Origin: a virus | Virus record (IMG/VR): IMGVR_UViG_3300049027_000059 | Location: 1-64,000 of that record | Reading direction: 5' to 3' (one strand) | Length of the DNA: 64,000 nucleotides | Shown here: positions 31,159 to 39,698 of the stretch, piece by piece | How positions within the stretch are numbered: position 1 is the stretch's first letter | How the letters are laid out: each line of letters starts with the position of its first letter | Notes under the pieces: generated by a model | Seen by the model: the letters and a program-made list of their open reading frames with translations, nothing else | What the model was told of the DNA's origin: nothing | Database searches by the model: none | Translations under genes and position numbers: made by a program

Positions 31159-33516
31159 ATGAACGTTAATCTTGACATTGCCGTCGCTAATTCGCGCGGG
31201 CAGAAAGTTTGGCACAATGAGCAATGGACGTGGGAAAAGATTGTTAAGAAAATAAAAGTAACGCACCGCACGGCGGAGACATATTCAACGTATATCTCTT
31301 TACCTAAACCCCGCCAGGCTGAGATCAAGGACATAGGCGGTTTCGTGGGCGGTTACCTCATTAACGGAACCAGAGGGAAAGGATTTGTTAAATATCGTCA
31401 GATTTTAGCGCTGGACATCGATAACGGGTATCCTGATCTTTGGGACGATTTTACCATGTATTACCCCAACGCGGCGCTGGTCTATTCCACTCACGCGCAC
31501 TCCCTAGTTTCTCCCCGTTTACGTCTGGTACTGCCTTTAGACCGACCTGTCAGTGTAGAAGAGTATGAGGCCATCGGCCGGAAAATAGCCGGCGTGATCG
31601 GCACCGTCCATTTCGACCGGACCACTTTTCAAGCTGAACGTTTGATGTACTGGCCATCCACGGCCAAAGACGGCGACTTTTTCTTCCGTCAACAGGACGG
31701 ACCGTGGCTGTCGGCCGATCAGGTGCTGTCGGAGTATCGGGACTGGACAAACGTATCCGAATGGCCACTTTGCCCCACAGAGTCAGAGATCATCAAGTCC
31801 GATTTGCGCAAGCAGGAAGACCCTACAGAGAAAGAAGGCATAATAGGCGCGTTTTGCCGTGCCTACACCATCTCGGATGCTATCACAGAGTTTCTTCCGC
31901 ACGTGTATGCGCCAGCTGGCGGAGACCGGTTCACTTACCTTCAGGGCACCACGGCTGCTGGTGCCGTCTGCTACGATGACAAGTTCTTATTCAGTCACCA
32001 CTCCACTGATCCTACTAGCGGCATTCTTTGTAACGCATTCGATCTTGTACGCATCCATAAGTTCGGCAGCGAGGACAATGATCCGACCGCGCCCATAGGC
32101 AAACGGCCTTCCTTCGGCTTGATGTCGAATCTTGCACGAAAAGATGCTTCCGTAATACGTGAAATAGGTATATTTAATCTTGATCTGCCTCAAGATGCTG
32201 ATACCTCATGGTTGCAGCAAATGGACGTAGATAAACGAGGCAACTATACGGCAACCATAAATAATTTCTTGCTCGTTCTGAGGAATGACACCAACCTCAA
32301 AGGTAAGTTCTCTCTTAACGAATTAGATTACTTACTGTACGTGAAGGAAGGAGACGGCCTTCGGGAGTTTGACGATAGCGATGAAGGATCAATCAGGCAC
32401 TACTTTGAAACGACCTACGGAATCTATCACGCCGCTAAAGCTAAAGATGCTTTTACCCTGGCCTGCAAAGACAACTCCTTCCATCCCGTACGGGACTACC
32501 TTAACTCGCTGGAATGGGACGGCACTGAACGTCTGGAAAGACTGTTCATTGATCATCTCGGTGTAGCCGATAACCCTTATACCCGTGCAGTCACCCGTAA
32601 ATCTTTGGTGGCGGCCGTAGCGCGCGTAATGCAGCCCGGCATTAAGTTCGACTATATGGTAGTCACTGTGGGGTCTCAAGGCAAAGGAAAGAGTTCACTG
32701 CTTGCCGATCTTGGAAAGCAATGGTTTTCTGACACGCTTGACAGCGTGGCCGGTAAAGAAGCCTACATGCAGATACAAGGTGCATGGATCATGGAAATGG
32801 CCGAACTGTCAAGTATTAAAAAAGCAGACGTGGAAGCTGTTAAGCACTTCCTGACCAAACGGGAAGACAGATATCGCCCCCCTTTCGGTAGGCACAATGT
32901 AAACGTTAAGCGCCAAACTGTGTTCTTCGCATCTACCAACGAGCATGTTTTTCTTATCGATAAAACAGGTAATCGTCGTTTCTGGCCACTCGTTGTTACC
33001 AAAAAATACACTCCCGGCACCATAGACCCTGATCCGCTATGGGCCGAGGCGTTATGGTATTACAAACAAGGTGAACCTTTGTACCTGACCGAGGAACTGG
33101 AAGCGTTAGCGGCCGAGCAGCAAAGCGCGCATACCGAAGTGGATGAACGGGCTGCTATGATCAAAGAGTATCTTGATATGCTTGTTCCGCCTAATTGGTA
33201 TACCCTTAACAATTATGAGCGCATATCTTATATCGGGGCGTATCACGACTCTCCTGCGCCTGAAGGAGGTATTAAACGCGAACAAATATGCGCTGCAGAA
33301 GTATGGTGTGAACTATTCCGTCAAAATTTCAGCGATATGACTGCGTACAATACGAAGTTTATCCACAACGCGCTGATGTCTATGCCCGGATGGGAACGCA
33401 CAGGCCACATCAACTACACCCGGTACGGAAGCCAGCGCAGCTTTGTACGTCAAGGTCGCACTGCGCTCGACGAATTAACTGATCTGTTCACAGAAGAGGC
33501 GTGGGAAAACGCCTAA
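31159..33516 (+). CDS. primase-helicase (VirE/D5-type P-loop NTPase)
   Basis: 785 aa. N-terminal primase-like LALDIDNG; VTVGSQGKGKSSLL (Walker A); NRRFWPL. Confidence 0.85.
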   Translation: MNVNLDIAVANSRGQKVWHNEQWTWEKIVKKIKVTHRTAETYSTYISLPKPRQAEIKDIGGFVGGYLINGTRGKGFVKYRQILALDIDNGYPDLWDDFTMYYPNAALVYSTHAHSLVSPRLRLVLPLDRPVSVEEYEAIGRKIAGVIGTVHFDRTTFQAERLMYWPSTAKDGDFFFRQQDGPWLSADQVLSEYRDWTNVSEWPLCPTESEIIKSDLRKQEDPTEKEGIIGAFCRAYTISDAITEFLPHVYAPAGGDRFTYLQGTTAAGAVCYDDKFLFSHHSTDPTSGILCNAFDLVRIHKFGSEDNDPTAPIGKRPSFGLMSNLARKDASVIREIGIFNLDLPQDADTSWLQQMDVDKRGNYTATINNFLLVLRNDTNLKGKFSLNELDYLLYVKEGDGLREFDDSDEGSIRHYFETTYGIYHAAKAKDAFTLACKDNSFHPVRDYLNSLEWDGTERLERLFIDHLGVADNPYTRAVTRKSLVAAVARVMQPGIKFDYMVVTVGSQGKGKSSLLADLGKQWFSDTLDSVAGKEAYMQIQGAWIMEMAELSSIKKADVEAVKHFLTKREDRYRPPFGRHNVNVKRQTVFFASTNEHVFLIDKTGNRRFWPLVVTKKYTPGTIDPDPLWAEALWYYKQGEPLYLTEELEALAAEQQSAHTEVDERAAMIKEYLDMLVPPNWYTLNNYERISYIGAYHDSPAPEGGIKREQICAAEVWCELFRQNFSDMTAYNTKFIHNALMSMPGWERTGHINYTRYGSQRSFVRQGRTALDELTDLFTEEAWENA

Positions 33517-33529
33517 ACAACTCAAATTA

Positions 33530-34801
33530 ATGTGGATTTTACCCAGCAATCACCCTCTATCCTCAGCTTTTGCCCCGGAATACGCGGCCTCGAACGAGGA
33601 CTTGAAAGAATATTTCCATCAATCAGAACCGAGTGCTATGTGGAAATCGAAACCTTTATTGTGGAAAACCTACTTGCTTCAATGGAAGAAGGTTTGGTGG
33701 CTCCGGCACCTATCTGGACGAATCTTAAAACCTTCAACCCGTACCCGTTTCGAGGCCTCATTGACGGAGTTATTGGTGGCTACCCGTGCCAACCGTTTAG
33801 CTATGCAGGAGGAAGAAGGGGAACAGAAGACCCAAGGCACCTGTGGCCTTTCCTTCGACAGCATATTGAGGTCATACAACCGGGATGGTGTTTTTTCGAA
33901 AATGTTGCAGGACACCTCACGTTGGGCTTTGATGTCGTTAAAAGAGAACTGGAAGAGCTGGGCTACTTCGTTGAGGCAGGAATCTACACTGCGGAGGAAA
34001 TCGGCGCGCCTCACAAGAGAGAACGACTGTTCATCCTTGCAATTAAACTGGAACACACCAACAACGGATGCCAGACCAGAACACCCGGATTCGATGAGAG
34101 CCCGGGCAGAGAAGAACGGTTACAGCAACGGAACGCTCTATCGGAATTTGGCCTCTCAAGTGATGTGGACAACCCCAGTAGCGGACGATGCCAGCAACCG
34201 GAACACCAAGTATGCGCAAGGGGGTACTGCCCTCGGTGTTCAGGCGAAACAGTGGGGCACTCCGCGTATATCAACCAACGGTATGAAGGGACAAGTGAAC
34301 CCTACCAAAGGATCACGAGTGGAGGATCAGGTGTTGAACTGGCCGGCGCCTGTTACAACGGATGCCATGGAGCCGAAAACAGAGAAGGCCATTACTCGGG
34401 AGATGACCGAGACCAGACCCGGCCGAACCAGTTTCAGCAATCTGAGGGATGCCGCGGTACACGGTCTGATGGCCAACTGGACAACTCCATCAACGAGGGA
34501 TTACAAGGATACACCGGGTATGGTAGCCGAAAGAACGGACGGGAGATCACGCAACGATCAACTCCCGAGACAGGTATTTTCCCTGCAGGCCAAGGAGAGT
34601 TCCAGTACCCATGGGAAGAACCCCGCACGATTGAATCCTGCTTGGAGTATACAATTAATGGGTACAACTTTACAGAAGACCTTCATCGTGCCATTGGTAA
34701 TTCGGTCGTTGAACAAACAGCAGAACTTGCTTTCAGAGACCTCACCAGAAAAATACACGAATGGTTCAGATACGTTACAGGATGATTGGGTTAACACATG
34801 A
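33530..34801 (+). CDS. overlapping +1-frame ORF: WxTP-repeat protein (MWILP... start)
   Basis: ATG start 14 nt after the primase stop, 423 stop-free codons, five W-x-(T/A)-P repeats, DQLPRQ, RLNPAWSIQLMG, and an ATGA overlap with the VRR-NUC start at 34798. Confidence 0.5.
   Translation: MWILPSNHPLSSAFAPEYAASNEDLKEYFHQSEPSAMWKSKPLLWKTYLLQWKKVWWLRHLSGRILKPSTRTRFEASLTELLVATRANRLAMQEEEGEQKTQGTCGLSFDSILRSYNRDGVFSKMLQDTSRWALMSLKENWKSWATSLRQESTLRRKSARLTRENDCSSLQLNWNTPTTDARPEHPDSMRARAEKNGYSNGTLYRNLASQVMWTTPVADDASNRNTKYAQGGTALGVQAKQWGTPRISTNGMKGQVNPTKGSRVEDQVLNWPAPVTTDAMEPKTEKAITREMTETRPGRTSFSNLRDAAVHGLMANWTTPSTRDYKDTPGMVAERTDGRSRNDQLPRQVFSLQAKESSSTHGKNPARLNPAWSIQLMGTTLQKTFIVPLVIRSLNKQQNLLSETSPEKYTNGSDTLQDDWVNT
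33532..34785 (+). CDS. DNA (cytosine-5)-methyltransferase frame (GTG start)
   Basis: Ordered motifs LSFCPGIRGLERG (I-like), GGYPCQPFSYAG (IV), FFENV (VI), GAPHKRERLFI (VIII), YPWEEPR...AIGNSVV (X). The central ~190 codons are low complexity. Confidence 0.75.
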   Translation: MDFTQQSPSILSFCPGIRGLERGLERIFPSIRTECYVEIETFIVENLLASMEEGLVAPAPIWTNLKTFNPYPFRGLIDGVIGGYPCQPFSYAGGRRGTEDPRHLWPFLRQHIEVIQPGWCFFENVAGHLTLGFDVVKRELEELGYFVEAGIYTAEEIGAPHKRERLFILAIKLEHTNNGCQTRTPGFDESPGREERLQQRNALSEFGLSSDVDNPSSGRCQQPEHQVCARGYCPRCSGETVGHSAYINQRYEGTSEPYQRITSGGSGVELAGACYNGCHGAENREGHYSGDDRDQTRPNQFQQSEGCRGTRSDGQLDNSINEGLQGYTGYGSRKNGREITQRSTPETGIFPAGQGEFQYPWEEPRTIESCLEYTINGYNFTEDLHRAIGNSVVEQTAELAFRDLTRKIHEWFRYVTG

Positions 34802-35088
34802 AAGGAGAAGCAAAATTAGAGGCCAAGTTCCGGGAAAAGATAAAAAAAGCAGGAGGCGTTGCTTTTAAATTCGTCTCTCCCGGCTACTCTGGCGTAACGG
34901 ACCGGCTTGTCCTGATACCTGGCGGAACAGTCGTGTTTGTTGAACTCAAAGACGGAAACAAGTCGCTATCAGCGTTACAGGTTCAGTTTGAAAAACTAAT
35001 TAAGTTTCACGGAGGTCACCACGAGATCATACGTACGGAAGCAGACATAACAGAGTTTATTGATAAATATTTTTGGCATTTAGGATGA
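34798..35088 (+). CDS. VRR-NUC domain nuclease
   Basis: GGVAFKFVSPGYSGVTDRLVLIPGGTVVFVELKDG has the D...ExK PD-(D/E)XK core of VRR-NUC. Confidence 0.8.
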   Translation: MKGEAKLEAKFREKIKKAGGVAFKFVSPGYSGVTDRLVLIPGGTVVFVELKDGNKSLSALQVQFEKLIKFHGGHHEIIRTEADITEFIDKYFWHLG

Positions 35089-35639
35089 GAATACTAGTCG
35101 ATTGTTCAGTATGTGGATGGCCAGTGTATAAAAGGCCAAGCCAAATTGAAGGTGTCAAAAACATAGCGTGTTCTACTGAATGCGCTAGAAAGACTCCACG
35201 CACAGGTCGTCCTTCGAATCAAATTACAAAAGCATGTATTATATGCGGAACTTTAGTTACGCGTTCTCCGTCTCATTTTACAGAAAATTGTTGTTGTAGT
35301 CGCGCCTGCACAAAGACTTATACCCGAGATAGACTCTCCAACCTCAATAGAGAATTAAACCCTACCCGGATGATACCTTTAACCCGAGAAAAATTAAGAG
35401 AAGCACGATTGGGGTCAGGAGAAGGAAAATCTTATGAAAAAACTTACGGACGACATACACACCGCATCATAGCAGAACAGATATTAGAACGCCCATTGAA
35501 GAAAGGCGAAGTCGTTCACCATGAAGATGAAAACAAAAGAAATAACAATCCTTCTAACATTAAGATATTTTCTAGTCAAGCAGAGCACGCTGCACACCAT
35601 GCTAAAAGCAGACCTATTAATCCGAAAGCACGAAAATGA
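35085..35639 (+). CDS. HNH endonuclease with N-terminal Cys-rich repeats
   Basis: ATGA overlap with the VRR-NUC stop. VVHHEDENKRNNNPSNIKIFSSQAEHAAHH. Three CxxC-type clusters in the N-terminal part. Confidence 0.8.
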   Translation: MRILVDCSVCGWPVYKRPSQIEGVKNIACSTECARKTPRTGRPSNQITKACIICGTLVTRSPSHFTENCCCSRACTKTYTRDRLSNLNRELNPTRMIPLTREKLREARLGSGEGKSYEKTYGRHTHRIIAEQILERPLKKGEVVHHEDENKRNNNPSNIKIFSSQAEHAAHHAKSRPINPKARK

Positions 35640-37048
35640 GAAGTAGAGAAGATTTACACACTTACCAGGAACGCGCGATAGCCTTCGGACTTCGCACTCC
35701 TTTTTGCCAGTTGCTGCTAGAAATGGGCTTAGGCAAGTCGGTTTCCACGTTTGTTATTATAGATACACTATTAAATTGGTGCGAAATCTCAAAACCGCTG
35801 ATAGTTGCCCCGCGCCTAGTTGCAGAAAAGACATGGAGCGATGAGATTGAAGAATGGGATTTTTTATCCCATTTACGAATCAGCAAGGTGGTGGGGTCAG
35901 CTAGTAAAAGAAAAAAAGCATTGACTGCGGAGGCCGATATATGGGTAATAGGCCGTGATAACTTACCGTGGCTTGTCGATCTGTGCGGTTCTTTTTGGCC
36001 TTTCGATATGGTAGTTCTTGATGAGTCTACGTCATTTAAATCCCATGCCTCTCTTCGCTTCCGTAAAATGAAAGAAGTTCTGAAACACGGCAAAATACAA
36101 AGAATGATACAACTTACAGGAACCCCGGCTCCCAACGGCCTTTTGGACTTGTGGGCGCCACTGTATCTGTTGGACAAGGGCGAACGCTTAGGCGCATCAA
36201 TGGAGGGCTACCGTAACCGGTATTTTGTTAAGAACGAATATAAGCACCGGTACGAAATCAGACCAGGAGGTGCAGAATCCATCCAGGACAAGATCAAGGA
36301 TATCTGCATATCGATGCGAAAGGAAGATTGGCTCGATTTAAAGCCCGTAGAGAACGTCACCCGTAAAATCGACCTTCCCAACATGGAAGAGTATATTAAG
36401 TTCAGAGAAGAGGCCGTTTTGGCCTTAGAGGAAGGAGAAATCACTGCGGTGAATGCGGGCGCGCTTTACACTAAACTTTTACAATTCTGCAACGGTGCGG
36501 TGTATGATGCAGATAAAAATTTCCACGTAGTGCACGACGCTAAGCTGGACTTGTTGGAAGAGATTATAGATACGTTGAACGGTGCGCCAGTGATTGTATT
36601 CTATTGCTTTCAGAGTGACATTGCCCGAATCAGTCAACGAATCAAAAAAGTACAAACCTTAACGGGCGCCAAGAACCCCACTGAGATCATAAACGCATGG
36701 AATAAAGGCGAGATCGAAGTGCTGCTTGCACATCCAGCTAGTGCAGGTCACGGACTTAACCTACAGCACGGGGGTCACCGGATTATCTGGTTCGGCGTTC
36801 CGTCTTCTTTGGAACTGTATCAACAGGCCGTAGCCCGTCTCGACAGGCAGGGTCAACCGGAGAGCGTAGTGAACATGCACTTGATCACGGCCAAGACCAT
36901 CGAAGAGACGGTAGTAGCCCGGCTGATCGACAAAACGCTTACCCAGGATACCCTAATTGATGCTTTACGTGCATTCACAGAAGACGCAGCGGCGTACAGG
37001 GCATCCCGGGCTGTAGCTGTGGTGGAAGATGATTGGATAAATAGTTAA
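35636..37048 (+). CDS. SNF2-family helicase
   Basis: LLEMGLGKS (I), VVLDESTSFK (II), QLTGTP (III), GHGLNLQ, and QAVARLDRQGQ (VI). Confidence 0.9.
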   Translation: MRSREDLHTYQERAIAFGLRTPFCQLLLEMGLGKSVSTFVIIDTLLNWCEISKPLIVAPRLVAEKTWSDEIEEWDFLSHLRISKVVGSASKRKKALTAEADIWVIGRDNLPWLVDLCGSFWPFDMVVLDESTSFKSHASLRFRKMKEVLKHGKIQRMIQLTGTPAPNGLLDLWAPLYLLDKGERLGASMEGYRNRYFVKNEYKHRYEIRPGGAESIQDKIKDICISMRKEDWLDLKPVENVTRKIDLPNMEEYIKFREEAVLALEEGEITAVNAGALYTKLLQFCNGAVYDADKNFHVVHDAKLDLLEEIIDTLNGAPVIVFYCFQSDIARISQRIKKVQTLTGAKNPTEIINAWNKGEIEVLLAHPASAGHGLNLQHGGHRIIWFGVPSSLELYQQAVARLDRQGQPESVVNMHLITAKTIEETVVARLIDKTLTQDTLIDALRAFTEDAAAYRASRAVAVVEDDWINS

Positions 37049-37080
37049 AATATTTTAAAAGATTTTCAAATATTTATTTT

Positions 37081-37088
37081 TATCTTTG
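37081..37088 (+). promoter_or_regulatory. -7 box TATCTTTG 4 nt upstream of the ATG at 37093
   Basis: The same octamer as the duplicated promoter. The spacing implies a leaderless or near-leaderless transcript. Confidence 0.4.
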
Positions 37089-37092
37089 GGGT

Positions 37093-37365
37093 ATGGACAT
37101 CACACAAATAGCACAGGAACTATACGACATATATTGGACAAGGGTTCAGACCGATGACCCACAAGAGTCTTTTCAAGTAACGAGTCTATTACATGAAATA
37201 GAACAGTTACCCCATTCTGAAGGACTGCGACTGATCTTACACGTATTACAGGTAAAAAGTCTCATGTTGGAAAATGGCCAAGAAGATCATCCCTTTGTGG
37301 ACATGAAGCACATGCGTTTTATGGGCCATTACATTAAATCTTTTCCAACTGACGAATTGAGATGA
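37093..37365 (+). CDS. hypothetical protein
   Basis: 90-aa ORF. Confidence 0.6.
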   Translation: MDITQIAQELYDIYWTRVQTDDPQESFQVTSLLHEIEQLPHSEGLRLILHVLQVKSLMLENGQEDHPFVDMKHMRFMGHYIKSFPTDELR

Positions 37366-37907
37366 AAAAATTCTACGCCGGCATAGGATCGCGGGAGACT
37401 CCTGAGTCCGCCAGACCACTTATTAGCGCCATCGTTCAATTCCTGCACGAGGAAGGCTACACGCTGCGTTCAGGTGGCGCTCCCGGTGCAGATGAGATGT
37501 TCGAAACTACTCATCCGGATAAAGCGTTTCGCGAGATTTACCTGCCATGGTACTGCTTTCAGAGTAACACTTCTCCGCTATGCGTAGTACGCGAAGAAGC
37601 CATAGCGTTCAGTCTGCAGTTCCATCCTAATCCCGCTGCTTTAAAACAAGGTGCCCGTCAACTGATGGGGCGGAACGCTTATCAGGTGTTAGGTCTTGAT
37701 CTGAAAACCAAGGCTGACTTTTTGGTGTGCTGGACGCCTAACGGTGCCGATTCCGATTCTGATGAGGCCGTAATAAAAAACTCAGGCGGAACAGGTCAGG
37801 CCATGCGCATAGCTCAGGCTTACGACATCCCCTTTTGGAACTTAAAAAACGGCAACCTTAACACCTTTAAACAATGGTATTGTGATCACAATTTTGACAT
37901 TATGTAG
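37362..37907 (+). CDS. DprA/SLOG-like Rossmann-fold protein
   Basis: FYAGIGSRETP and LRSGGAPGADEMFE match the DprA/Smf-type GxGSRxTP...SGGAxGxD motifs. Confidence 0.6.
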   Translation: MKKFYAGIGSRETPESARPLISAIVQFLHEEGYTLRSGGAPGADEMFETTHPDKAFREIYLPWYCFQSNTSPLCVVREEAIAFSLQFHPNPAALKQGARQLMGRNAYQVLGLDLKTKADFLVCWTPNGADSDSDEAVIKNSGGTGQAMRIAQAYDIPFWNLKNGNLNTFKQWYCDHNFDIM

Positions 37908-37909
37908 TT

Positions 37910-38317
37910 ATGAACATCTTTAAAAGACTCTTCAAAAAGAAAAAACCGAACACCGATCCGGTGATTGTGGCTATCGAAGTGGTGAACATTATTAAGCAAG
38001 CGGTAGAATCCAAAACTACGCTGTGGTTTGTTAACATCACTAAACCGAACTGGGATAACAGGCTAGTCGCTGCTGTCCGGGAAGCCTGTGTAATTGCGCT
38101 GTACAATCTGAACCTGGTCAAGGAAATGAAAGGACCTAAATTGGTTGTACAGAACGAGGCGTTGCAAGATAGTATGTCCTTTTTACGGTGTATCCACAAA
38201 ACAGATCGTGGACCTATCTATGATCGCCTAGCAGGTCACATTGCGGCTGAACTGAGTGGGGAACTGTTTGAATCGGCCGTCACTAAGACCAGAGAAACTT
38301 ATAAACAAATGGTATGA
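37910..38317 (+). CDS. hypothetical protein
   Basis: 135-aa ORF. Confidence 0.6.
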   Translation: MNIFKRLFKKKKPNTDPVIVAIEVVNIIKQAVESKTTLWFVNITKPNWDNRLVAAVREACVIALYNLNLVKEMKGPKLVVQNEALQDSMSFLRCIHKTDRGPIYDRLAGHIAAELSGELFESAVTKTRETYKQMV

Positions 38318-38649
38318 ATAAGACCCTCACAAAAGAAAATTTTTGGGACGCCATAATGGAACTGTACCCAAAATCAACTACATTGTTCTGCAAATGGATA
38401 GACGAATACAAGGAAGCTGTAAGCTGGAATAAGTTGTTTAAGGCAAATGAAGATACTATACAGATACATTCTTCAACGTACAAGTTCCACGAAATACCTT
38501 ATGCGATGCAGCAGGGGATTTGGATTGCGTTTGTAGACGACAATCTTGAAAAGTATTTCGAACAGCCTGAGTATACGTACAGCGGCGATCTTGTAGAAGA
38601 TATCAATAAAGTCTTCGGTGAGATAGAGGATTTAATCGAGGCACCATGA
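38314..38649 (+). CDS. hypothetical protein
   Basis: 111-aa ORF with 4-nt overlaps. Confidence 0.6.
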   Translation: MNKTLTKENFWDAIMELYPKSTTLFCKWIDEYKEAVSWNKLFKANEDTIQIHSSTYKFHEIPYAMQQGIWIAFVDDNLEKYFEQPEYTYSGDLVEDINKVFGEIEDLIEAP

Positions 38650-38942
38650 AAAAGTTAATACTAATAACCTTATTGCTTCCGGTGATTGTAATGGCACAGA
38701 GCAAGCCGGTAACTATGGACACGGTTAAATTCAAAGGGTATTCAATTTCAACGATGGGATCGGCCACGTTTAGTAAATCGGCCGGAACAATCAAACAATG
38801 GACAGTAATAACGACAGATACAAAACCTGCAATGACCATATCGCATCCAGACAGTAACGGTGTAATCAAGGTATGGATAGATCGCAAGCGAGTTACGTGG
38901 ACTTCTGATTCCACGTTCACTCTCCAATCTTATAAACAATGA
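38646..38942 (+). CDS. small secreted protein
   Basis: Signal peptide MKKLILITLLLPVIVMAQS; 98 aa. Confidence 0.6.
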   Translation: MKKLILITLLLPVIVMAQSKPVTMDTVKFKGYSISTMGSATFSKSAGTIKQWTVITTDTKPAMTISHPDSNGVIKVWIDRKRVTWTSDSTFTLQSYKQ

Positions 38943-39226
38943 AAAAGTCAATTATAATCATCGCGCTATGTGCCCTTGTAGCATCGGCATTCGCGCAACC
39001 ATCGGCTAAACCGGACAGTTTAAAATGGAATTTGAAGTTTGAATCCACTCAGGATAGAAACGTATTCATCCACCGATTAGACACCACGATAGTGACCGTG
39101 AACAACTCTGACATCCCTTCAAAGGATCGTGTGAAATTAGTAGCATACCTGCAATCACTAATGCAGTTCATGTACGGTCAGTTTCAAACGCAGAACCAGC
39201 CTGCGGAACCACCTAAAAAGAAATAA
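38939..39226 (+). CDS. small secreted protein
   Basis: Signal peptide MKKSIIIIALCALVASAFAQ; 95 aa. Confidence 0.6.
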   Translation: MKKSIIIIALCALVASAFAQPSAKPDSLKWNLKFESTQDRNVFIHRLDTTIVTVNNSDIPSKDRVKLVAYLQSLMQFMYGQFQTQNQPAEPPKKK

Positions 39227-39230
39227 GCTA

Positions 39231-39265
39231 TTTTGGGCGTCTGTACAATAACACGACGCCCAAAA
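39231..39265. terminator. bidirectional terminator between convergent operons
   Basis: TTTTGGGCGTC-N13-GACGCCCAAAA, an 11-bp stem whose arms end in T and A runs. Confidence 0.75.
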
Positions 39266-39298
39266 TGCCTAAAATCACTATTAAAGCAATAATTTCGT

Positions 39299-39694
39299 TC
39301 ATATAACTGTCGTCGATCCTGCCGACTCTTTTCCATCCTTCTTGGCCTCCTGTATGACCGGCTGCTGTTCGTACCCGACCGGCTTGGGATCGGGAGAAGA
39401 GGCGCCAAGCGCAGTTATGGCCAACATCAAGAACATTTGCCAGTAATTTATCTCTACGCCCTGGTTAGTCTGCAGGAAGGTTGCCAGGGTTCCGGCTAAC
39501 GTTGTAAAGATAGTGGTACTCTGACCTCTCCAATTACGGGCGAAATAAGTCAGCCCTACCGTGAATACCGCATACACTACTGCCTTCCAGTTGATGTCTT
39601 GCGGATTTTCGAAATACTGTTGTACCCCAAGAAGAATGGCCGAGGACAGACCTATCAGAAATACCTTGTTTTTCGTCCAAAAATTAGCTTCCAT
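39299..39694 (-). CDS. multi-pass membrane protein, holin candidate
   Basis: 131 aa with about 4 hydrophobic helices and a charged C-terminus. Last gene of the lysis cassette. Confidence 0.5.
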   Translation of the reverse strand: MEANFWTKNKVFLIGLSSAILLGVQQYFENPQDINWKAVVYAVFTVGLTYFARNWRGQSTTIFTTLAGTLATFLQTNQGVEINYWQMFLMLAITALGASSPDPKPVGYEQQPVIQEAKKDGKESAGSTTVI

Positions 39695-39698
39695 GTGT

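Noticed and set aside
33886-33896. T-run (GTGTTTTTTCG) in the methyltransferase locus as a programmed frameshift site
   Set aside because: It lies within MTase motif VI (FFENV), upstream of where the frame-A motifs end (RERLFILA, about 34040). A shift there would therefore destroy motifs VI-VIII. No obvious slippery heptamer was seen at the positions where an A-to-B or B-to-A switch would be needed.
35662-36177. 171-aa minus-strand ORF inside the SNF2 helicase gene
   Set aside because: It is antisense to helicase motifs I-III. The SNF2 reading frame is unambiguous.
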